DNA of 64,000 bases from Limnochordia bacterium (GTDB lineage Bacteria > Bacillota > Limnochordia > DTU087 > JAAYGB01). Numbering within the stretch: position 1 is the stretch's first letter; every line of letters starts with the position of its first letter. The DNA lies in the NCBI GenBank assembly GCA_041687495.1, contig JAWLBR010000002.1, positions 11,349-75,348 on the forward strand, in the 5' to 3' direction. The notes under the pieces were generated by a model. The model had not been told where the DNA came from. It ran no database searches and saw nothing but the letters and a program-made list of their open reading frames with translations. This document shows, piece by piece, positions 9,206 through 15,870 of this stretch. A program made the position numbers and the translations under genes.

Positions 9206-9250
9206 CCATTCTGTTTTCGAGTAGAGCCGTGGTCAGCAACGGCTCTTTTC
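9200..9250 (-). ncRNA. Candidate preQ1-I-like riboswitch aptamer (hairpin plus A-rich tail abutting the queT start)
   Basis: Minus-strand RNA AGAGCCG-UUGCUGACCA-CGGCUCU followed by ACUCGAAAACAGAAUGG-AUG. A 7-bp stem, 10-nt loop and A-rich tail containing the SD region, directly 5' of queT. Not verified against a covariance model. Confidence 0.25.
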
Positions 9251-9320
9251 TAGTTTATCCAGCTGCAGCGGCTAATGCAAGACTCGGCAGCTTTCTTCAG
9301 AAGGACTGCTGTATCCTTGT

Positions 9321-9533
9321 CTATCTAGTCATTGAAAGCAATAGTAGTACGAGAAGAAATGTCACCAAGACCAAAATCGCTGTTGGGGCTACCAACAGGG
9401 TCAGGAATAACAACAAGATCGCGGCAAATAAGATAGAGTAAGCTTTCAGGTGAATCCAGTCAAACAAGCGATACCAGTGGAAGTGCTTGAACTCTCTTTT
9501 GACTTTATCTGCGTAATGCTTGAATCGATACAT
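9321..9533 (-). CDS. Small hypothetical membrane protein (single long TM)
   Basis: 70 aa ORF with an N-terminal basic segment followed by one hydrophobic helix. No recognisable family. Confidence 0.3.
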   Translation of the reverse strand: MYRFKHYADKVKREFKHFHWYRLFDWIHLKAYSILFAAILLLFLTLLVAPTAILVLVTFLLVLLLLSMTR

Positions 9534-9736
9534 GACCGAGGCCTCCTCGAAACAACGGCCTTCTTGGGGTTAGACATTATCAGTCTATGTTCGGCGGGGC
9601 ACAAAGGTGCCCCTAAAAGGGACGCATCAACGAACTAGGACTTTGGTGCCACGAATTTTAGCCAATCGGGGCACAAGGACGCTAGTCTTTCAATATATTG
9701 TAGAGAGTACCAGGAATCGGGTAGGGGGGGAAAAGT

Positions 9737-10999
9737 ATGGACGAAAGAAAAGCTGACAGTAGGGACGAGAATACAATGGATCTTGCCCAGCTGTCTGGCC
9801 GGATCGAGAGCCTCCAGGATAGAATAAAGAAACTGGTGGAAATGGCCGGCGGGATTCAGAGCTACCTAACTGAGGCGGCTGAACCCTGGACTGAGCCTGT
9901 ACCCGACTTGGGAGCTGAAGACTTCAGCGTCCAGGAGCTGGATGTGGAAGCCAATACCCATTCATTTCTCGATGATTGGGATCGCGACCTAGCGGCTGCG
10001 CCCAAGCCTATCGGGCCTCAGTCTCCAACCCAGCCCACTGGATACGGCAGACCAAGGTCGGGCGGCGAAATCCCAGTGGATCAGGCCTCAGATGCTAACG
10101 AAGGCAGCCAACGGGAACTGGCGGCGCAGGAGATCGACATAGAGATTGCGGCTAAGGAACCCGAACTGCATATCGCACAGCCCAGCCATGTCTGGGTAGA
10201 AGAAGCTAATCCGATTCAGGATACATGGGAGTCTACTAACTATCCCACCAATCGTCAAGAGAGTTTTGCTGCTGGGCATGAGATGAATGTGGAAAAAGCG
10301 CACCCGTTGACAGGCGGGAATGCTCCGGATCACGTTGCAGATAGATCCACCGACGTAAAGGTAGAGAAAGCTGCCCCAACCGGAGCGCAAGGTGTGTTGG
10401 ACGATGTAGAAGCCAACAGATCTCAAGAAGTAGAGCTTGTGCAGGCAGATCCGGAGAAAGCAATGGCCCAAGATGCAACATCCAAGGAAGTCGAGGCAAA
10501 GGAGGAGTCGGCGCCGGAGGTAGTAATTGAGGAAGAAACGGTAGAGGAAGCTATGGTACAGACGGAGTCAGCGCCGGAGGCAGTAGTTGAGGAAGAAACG
10601 GTAGAGGAAGTTATGGTACAGACAGAGTCGGCGCCGGAGGTAGTAATTGAGGAAGAAATGGTAGAGGAAGTTATGGTACAGACGGAGTCAGCGCCGGAGG
10701 TAGTAGTTGAGGAAGAAGCAGTAGAGCAAGCTGTGGTTGAGGAAGAGTCTGCCGCCGAGCTGGCGGTAGACGAGAACACGACGGCGGAAGGCGAGAAGCC
10801 GGAAACAGCTGTTGCCGAGACCGAGGGTTCCGAGGGCGAGTCCTCGGCGGCATCGACGACAATCAGTGGGCAACATTCGGCGACTGCCGAGGATGTCAAG
10901 CCGGCCAAAGCAGCCAGTGCTAAGTCCGATAAAGGTGCTAAGCAAAGCGGTACACTCCAGTGGAAGCTGCCGCCTCCGATGAGCCGTCGACATCGGTAG
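9737..10999 (+). CDS. Highly acidic Glu/Val-rich repeat protein, unknown function
   Basis: 420 aa with a strong RBS (GGGGGGGAAAAG). It has an N-terminal coiled-coil-like segment, then a low-complexity acidic region containing four perfect 20-aa repeats (ESAPEVVIEEETVEEAMVQT), and a basic C-terminal tail. Confidence 0.6.
   Translation: MDERKADSRDENTMDLAQLSGRIESLQDRIKKLVEMAGGIQSYLTEAAEPWTEPVPDLGAEDFSVQELDVEANTHSFLDDWDRDLAAAPKPIGPQSPTQPTGYGRPRSGGEIPVDQASDANEGSQRELAAQEIDIEIAAKEPELHIAQPSHVWVEEANPIQDTWESTNYPTNRQESFAAGHEMNVEKAHPLTGGNAPDHVADRSTDVKVEKAAPTGAQGVLDDVEANRSQEVELVQADPEKAMAQDATSKEVEAKEESAPEVVIEEETVEEAMVQTESAPEAVVEEETVEEVMVQTESAPEVVIEEEMVEEVMVQTESAPEVVVEEEAVEQAVVEEESAAELAVDENTTAEGEKPETAVAETEGSEGESSAASTTISGQHSATAEDVKPAKAASAKSDKGAKQSGTLQWKLPPPMSRRHR
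10501..10770 (+). repeat. In-frame 60-bp tandem repeat, about 4.5 copies, inside the acidic protein gene
   Basis: Direct reading shows units at 10501-10560, 10561-10620, 10621-10680 and 10681-10740, plus a partial unit. They differ by only a few substitutions. Confidence 0.9.
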
Positions 11000-11213
11000 T
11001 CAGGAGGTAGGGGGGGAAATAGGAGTGCCATCCCATGGCGGGTTCGCTGTTCGAGCATACCATGTTATTGGGAAAGCCAACATGATTCATCCCATCCCTC
11101 CCTTTCTCCGGCGGTGAGTGCAAACTTGCCGCCCTCTTTCTTGCTGTAGGCTTGGACACTGTCGACCTAAGAAAAACTCCCTGCAAATAACTTGTAGGGA
11201 GCAAGACTGTGGT

Positions 11214-11480
11214 CTAGTCCATTGGTAATAGTCCGTACCTAATGGCCCAAAGTGCCACTTTTGTGCGGTTTCGGGATCCGATTTTACGATAAATGTTGGT
11301 TATATGGTTCTTAACGGTGTGCTTGCTGATAAACAACTGTTCGGCGATCTCTTCATTAGACAGGCCTTTGGCGATCAGCTTGAGCACTTCCCGTTCTCTC
11401 ATGGTCAACTGAGCAAAGCGCTGCGCACGTGCATCGTCATTTGCCGCCAACGAGTGACACCTCCTTGACTGCCAGTGCAA
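11214..11480 (-). CDS. LuxR/GerE-family helix-turn-helix transcriptional regulator (small, single-domain)
   Basis: C-terminal sequence REREVLKLIAKGLSNEEIAEQLFISKHTVKNHITNIYRKIG is a canonical LuxR-type HTH. Its size fits the GerE-like regulators of spore formers, though the exact start is uncertain. Confidence 0.8.
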   Translation of the reverse strand: MHWQSRRCHSLAANDDARAQRFAQLTMREREVLKLIAKGLSNEEIAEQLFISKHTVKNHITNIYRKIGSRNRTKVALWAIRYGLLPMD

Positions 11481-11656
11481 GACTGAATCATGGGAAAAGA
11501 TGGATCACCGGAGTGCTTAGTCCATAGTATGTGAGATGCCTTAAGGCGGAACTAGGAACCCTTTCCCCATTTCCCCCTGCGCGCAAAGGCGGTCAATTCT
11601 GGGTCAATCTGGTACATTCTTAAGCAAACAGAGGTTTTACCAAACATGGATTCGTG

Positions 11657-11866
11657 TTATCCACACCTGTGGATAACTTGTGAATAACTGTGGAAAAGTT
11701 GAGGACCAAGGAAACTCAGCCCCGTGAAAACCCTTGAGAAAGGGGGTTTGCATCGATTTTGACTTGTGGATAGCAATTGTGAACATACGACGGCAACCTG
11801 TGGATAACTAGCCCTTGCGATCGGGCAATTCCCCAGATATTGGGGGTTTTTGCCAGATGTGGATAA
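11657..11866. promoter_or_regulatory. Cluster of 6-7 DnaA boxes (TTATCCACA and near-consensus variants) in the luxR-adh intergenic region
   Basis: Exact 9-mers at 11657-65 (TTATCCACA), 11668-76, 11799-807 and 11858-66 (TGTGGATAA, the reverse complement). One-mismatch variants lie at 11679-87, 11688-97 and 11765-73. The first two boxes form a perfect 9-2-9 palindrome. Confidence 0.6.
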
Positions 11867-12012
11867 GATCAGCGAATCGCAAACTAGAAAGGCATTTCTC
11901 TACCCTATGCTTGGCACCACAACATGTGCCTCGGAGGCTGCAATTGTCCCGGGAAGGATAATTCCCTCTAGTGGAGAACGGGAGAGCAACTGTGATACGA
12001 GGAGGAGCGATT

Positions 12013-13047
12013 ATGGGCAAGATTTTGCGGGCGAACCTAATCGAGCCAGAAAAGTTTGTGCTAGAGCAAGTAGAGGCACGGTCGCCGGGAGCAGGCGAAG
12101 TCCTGGTTAAGGTGAAGTTGTGCGGCATCTGCGGCAGCGATATTCATGCCTATCACGGGACTCATGCGTTTATCGATTGTCCCATTGTCCTAGGTCATGA
12201 GTTTGCTGGGACGGTTGGCGCCCTGGGGGAAGGCGTGGATGCATTTGAGGTGGGCCAAAAGGTAGTAGTAGAACCGTCTTTGGTCTGTGGCGAGTGTTAT
12301 AACTGCAAGACGGGCCGGTACAACGTCTGCGAGAATCTGAAGGTAGTCGGCTGTCAAGATACCGGTGCCTATGCCCAGTCGATTGTGGTTCCTGCAGCGA
12401 AGGTGATCCCGATCCCCGAGGATATGGAGTATGACAGGGCAGCATTGGTTGAGCCCTTGGCAGTGGGTGTGCATGCAGTCCACCGGGCGCGGATGGAAGA
12501 GGGAGCTCGGGTTCTGGTCTTTGGGGTGGGGCCGATCGGGCTTCTAACTTTGGTGGCGGCAAAAAGTATGGGCGCAGGTAAGGTTTTGGCTGTTGACGTC
12601 TTGGACTCCCGTCTGGAACTAGCCAAGCAAATGGGTGCAGATGCGGTGTGCAATCCGACCAAGCAAGACCTACTTGGCGCGATAACTGAGGTCTTTGGGC
12701 CGGAACGAGCTGACATCAGCTTTGAATGTTCAGCCTCTGAACCCGCTCTTAACCAGGCCATTGACCTTGCGCGAAAAGGAGCCACCATTGTCCAAGTAGG
12801 GTGTTTTGGACCTCCGGTGACCATTAAGAACATGAGCTATATACAGGAACATGAGCTGATGATCGTGGGGACGATGATGTATATGCAGCCGGATTATCAA
12901 GAGGCAATAGATATTCTGCACAACTCCAGGCTTCCCCTTGAGGTGCTCATCACCCACCGCTTCTCTCTGGAAGAGGTGGCCGAAGCTTTTCGCATGCTGG
13001 ATGAGGAAAAGGCAAAAGTGATTAAGGCGGTAATTGATATCAGTTAG
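12013..13047 (+). CDS. Zn-dependent alcohol dehydrogenase (MDR family; sorbitol/threonine-dehydrogenase-like)
   Basis: Motifs CGICGSDIH and GHEFAG, the structural-zinc CGECYNC motif, and a GVGPIG Rossmann motif. ATG at 12013 has a GGAGGAG RBS. Confidence 0.85.
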   Translation: MGKILRANLIEPEKFVLEQVEARSPGAGEVLVKVKLCGICGSDIHAYHGTHAFIDCPIVLGHEFAGTVGALGEGVDAFEVGQKVVVEPSLVCGECYNCKTGRYNVCENLKVVGCQDTGAYAQSIVVPAAKVIPIPEDMEYDRAALVEPLAVGVHAVHRARMEEGARVLVFGVGPIGLLTLVAAKSMGAGKVLAVDVLDSRLELAKQMGADAVCNPTKQDLLGAITEVFGPERADISFECSASEPALNQAIDLARKGATIVQVGCFGPPVTIKNMSYIQEHELMIVGTMMYMQPDYQEAIDILHNSRLPLEVLITHRFSLEEVAEAFRMLDEEKAKVIKAVIDIS

Positions 13048-13080
13048 GTGTGGACCGCTGGGAACAAAGGAGGAAAATCG

Positions 13081-14451
13081 ATGCACTGGAGTGCCCAAGC
13101 GTTAGCCGGCAGTGAAGTGCAATGCGAGTGTGGTCGACTGCACAAAGTGCCGATTCGGACGATCAGAACGGGAGCCAAGGTACTGGAGTACCTTGGCCAA
13201 GACGTGACGGAGCTGGGACTGCCCCGCAGGGCAATCATCGTCGCCGATGAGACTACCTTCGAGCTAGCGGGAAGAGTTGTTGAACAGCAGTTGCGGGCAG
13301 CCAATGTCAGCGCAGAAACCGTGATCCTCAGGCCTCTTCGTGCTTTTGGGGGCCGAGAATGGGTTTTGCCCGACGAGCGTAGTCTTGGCCAAGCGCTGAT
13401 GTCAGTAACCGACGAGCCATGCTTTCTGGTGGCGATTGGCTCCGGAACAGTAAATGATGTTGTCAGGTTTGTCTCCCACAAGACGGGCCGCACCTTTGTC
13501 AGTGTTGGGACGGCGCCATCGATGGACGGGTACGCTTCGACGGTGGCAGCGCTGCTGACGGGCAGTTTCAAGAAGACCTTACCTGCTACTTATCCCACGG
13601 CCATTTACGTTGATGCCGATGTACTGGCTAGCGCTCCGTTGGAGATGGTGGCGGCCGGATTTGGTGATTTGGTGGGGAAGTCGGTGGCTCTGGCGGACTG
13701 GATGGTGTCGCACATCCTGAACGGCGAATACTATTGCCCTACCATCTGGTCCCTGGTAGAGCAGGTATTGCAGATGGCCATCGCCGACGTTGGCGCCCTG
13801 CAGCGGCGCGATCCGCAAGCATTGGTTAGTCTGACGGAGGGGTTAATTCTCTCCGGGGTGGCGATCTTGATGTTCAACGATTCCAGGCCAGTGTCGGGAG
13901 CTGAACACGAAATGGCCCACTTCTGGGAAATTCGTGGAATTCCTGAGGGCAGCCTCTTTTACCACGGGGCTAAGGTAGCTGTTGCGACTCCCATAGTCAC
14001 CAAGTTTTATCAGGAGCTGCTGGCAAGGAATCCATCGGAAATCCCCTGGGACAAAGTTCGCACCACTCGGCCCAGCATCGACCAGTACAGTAAGCAGCTG
14101 GAGCAGGATTTTCGGGGGGCATGGCAAGCCATCGCTACCCCTACCTGGCGAGAGAGTAAGGCAGTGGAATTCGAGCGAGACAGCCAGAGCCTCCTAGTCA
14201 GCAAGTGGGAGGAGATCAGAGCAAAGGTGCCTAGTTCGCTCCTTGACGTTGACAGAGTCCATCGGGATTTAGCGACGCTGCAGGCTCCTGCTACTCCACA
14301 GGAACTGGGGCTAAAGCGGGAATGGCTGGAGGCATCGCTGCGCAGTGCCAGGGAGATGAAGCCCCACCGCTACACGGTATTGGATCTGGCTGCCGAAATG
14401 GGCTGTCTAGAGGAGATCAGCGAATCAGTTTTGTCATGGATCTGGCCGTAG
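13081..14451 (+). CDS. Glycerol-1-phosphate dehydrogenase (AraM/EgsA)-like member of the Fe-ADH/DHQS superfamily
   Basis: 457 aa with a GSGTVNDV nucleotide-binding motif and a conserved Asp/His region typical of the glycerol/G1P dehydrogenase group. RBS is AAAGGAGGAAAA. It is translationally adjacent to the ADH gene. Confidence 0.6.
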   Translation: MHWSAQALAGSEVQCECGRLHKVPIRTIRTGAKVLEYLGQDVTELGLPRRAIIVADETTFELAGRVVEQQLRAANVSAETVILRPLRAFGGREWVLPDERSLGQALMSVTDEPCFLVAIGSGTVNDVVRFVSHKTGRTFVSVGTAPSMDGYASTVAALLTGSFKKTLPATYPTAIYVDADVLASAPLEMVAAGFGDLVGKSVALADWMVSHILNGEYYCPTIWSLVEQVLQMAIADVGALQRRDPQALVSLTEGLILSGVAILMFNDSRPVSGAEHEMAHFWEIRGIPEGSLFYHGAKVAVATPIVTKFYQELLARNPSEIPWDKVRTTRPSIDQYSKQLEQDFRGAWQAIATPTWRESKAVEFERDSQSLLVSKWEEIRAKVPSSLLDVDRVHRDLATLQAPATPQELGLKREWLEASLRSAREMKPHRYTVLDLAAEMGCLEEISESVLSWIWP

Positions 14452-14557
14452 TAAGCCTAGTAATAGAATGACTACGAAATGCAGGTAATGAAGAAGATTT
14501 TGGCCGCTCAAGCTGGGGCAATAGCCAAGGCTGGAGATAGGGTGATTTCCACTTCCC

Positions 14558-14614
14558 TTGACAGTTGGCTTAGTCAAGGGTAGAATAAATATAGGATACG
14601 GCAGTAGGGTATCC
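14558..14614 (+). promoter_or_regulatory. Sigma-A-type promoter (TTGACA-17-TAGAAT) plus downstream GC-rich inverted repeat (GGATAC-N9-GTATCC), a candidate CsoR-type operator for copZ
   Basis: Read directly: TTGACA at 14558-63, TAGAAT at 14581-86, and the palindrome at 14594-14614 sitting at the predicted transcription start. Confidence 0.4.
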
Positions 14615-14675
14615 GGAGCGACTTGGTGGAACATTGCAGCAGCACCGGGATTTCACCGTCGAAGGAGGGGCTACT

Positions 14676-14882
14676 ATGGCACTTAGCAAGGTGTATCACG
14701 TGAGGGGAATGAGCTGTAACCACTGCGTCATGGCAGTGAAAAAGGCTTTGACGAGTATTGATGGAGTGAACTCGGTTGACGTGGAGTTGGCAACAGGCCA
14801 AGTCACTGTGAACTTCACCGACGCGGTTGACGACGCAGTCGTCGCCGAGGCTATACAAGACGCTGGTTATCAGCTGGCATAG
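14676..14882 (+). CDS. copZ: Copper chaperone CopZ (heavy-metal-associated domain)
   Basis: 68 aa with a GMSCNHC (MxCxxC) motif. RBS is GAAGGAGGGG. Confidence 0.85.
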   Translation: MALSKVYHVRGMSCNHCVMAVKKALTSIDGVNSVDVELATGQVTVNFTDAVDDAVVAEAIQDAGYQLA

Positions 14883-15038
14883 CTGGACAGATATGGGTAC
14901 AACATACTAACGACCTACTTAAGCCCCAAGAGCGTACAACCGCCCTTGGGGTCTTTGCGCGCTCGGTATTTGCTGTCAGTACATGGTTAGGGCGACTTAA
15001 TGCAAGAATAGAGGCGATAGAATAGAGGAGGCGGTAGT

Positions 15039-15722
15039 TTGTTCAAGCATGAAAAGCAGCTGCTGAATATGGTAAGGGTGCAAGCTCCCAATCCGACCTA
15101 TGCTTCGATGCTGTCTGAGCAGTTGGGGGGCCCGCAGGGTGAACTGAAGGCGGCAATGCAGTACTTGTCGCAGAGCTTTCGGATCAAAGATAAAGAGATC
15201 AAGGACGTATTCATGGATATCGCTTCCGAAGAGCTGAGCCACATGGAAATGGTGGCGACCGCAGTAAACCTGCTTAACGGACACGATGTCGACTCGATGG
15301 CGGTGCAGTCTGGTCACATTGAAAGCCAAGTTCTCACGGGACTCAACCCCTTCCTAGCTAATGGCTCTGGCTTTCCTTGGACCGCAGCTTATGTCAATGT
15401 AACGGGAGATCTGGTGGCAGACATTCTTTCGAATATCGCGGCTGAGCAGCGGGCTAAGGTGGTTTACGAGTACCTCCATCGCCAAATTAACGATCAGTAT
15501 GTGCGGGAAATGATCGACTTCCTACTCAATCGAGAGGAAGCGCACAATACCCTTTTCCGTGAAGCTCTGGCCAAGATCCAGGATACCGGGTCCAATCGGG
15601 ACTGGGGAGTGGACGAAGATGCTCGGCTGTATTTTGATCTGTCCAGCCCAGGCAAGTACTTTGACCTAAATAACCCGCAACCACCTGCCTTCCAGAACCC
15701 AGACCAGCAGCCGTCTCACTAG
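15039..15722 (+). CDS. cotJC: Spore coat protein CotJC-type manganese catalase family protein
   Basis: TTG start with an AGAGGAGG RBS. The N-terminal sequence ...EKQLLNMVRVQAPNP...GGPQGELKAAMQYLSQSF...EELSHMEMV matches the CotJC/Mn-catalase di-metal ligand pattern. Confidence 0.8.
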   Translation: MFKHEKQLLNMVRVQAPNPTYASMLSEQLGGPQGELKAAMQYLSQSFRIKDKEIKDVFMDIASEELSHMEMVATAVNLLNGHDVDSMAVQSGHIESQVLTGLNPFLANGSGFPWTAAYVNVTGDLVADILSNIAAEQRAKVVYEYLHRQINDQYVREMIDFLLNREEAHNTLFREALAKIQDTGSNRDWGVDEDARLYFDLSSPGKYFDLNNPQPPAFQNPDQQPSH

Positions 15723-15870
15723 GAACTCGTGGAATAACAGCGCAAGCTTAACCTAGCACAGCTAACACAAGGGGCTATCCCGATTTGAAATCAGGATAGC
15801 CCCTTAGTGTGCCTCAATGCAGCGTCTCCCGGTGGGATAAGCTAACCGGAATAACGGAATGTGATCTCGC

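Noticed and set aside
10501-10770. Possible CRISPR array suggested by regular 60-bp periodicity
   Set aside because: The units are contiguous direct repeats with no unique spacers. They are in-frame within a long ORF and show codon-level conservation, so this is a coding tandem repeat and not a CRISPR.
10423-11058. 211-aa Ser/Thr-rich ORF on the minus strand (and several shorter ones) overlapping the acidic repeat gene
   Set aside because: It is the antisense mirror image of the Glu/Val-rich coding repeats. It has no RBS and no independent signal, and is explained entirely by the plus-strand gene.
11657-11866. Interpreting the DnaA-box cluster as the chromosomal origin (oriC)
   Set aside because: No dnaA, dnaN, rpmH or gyrB is present in or adjacent to the region, and there is no pronounced AT-rich unwinding element. 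A secondary DnaA-box cluster is the more conservative reading, and it cannot be excluded without the whole genome.
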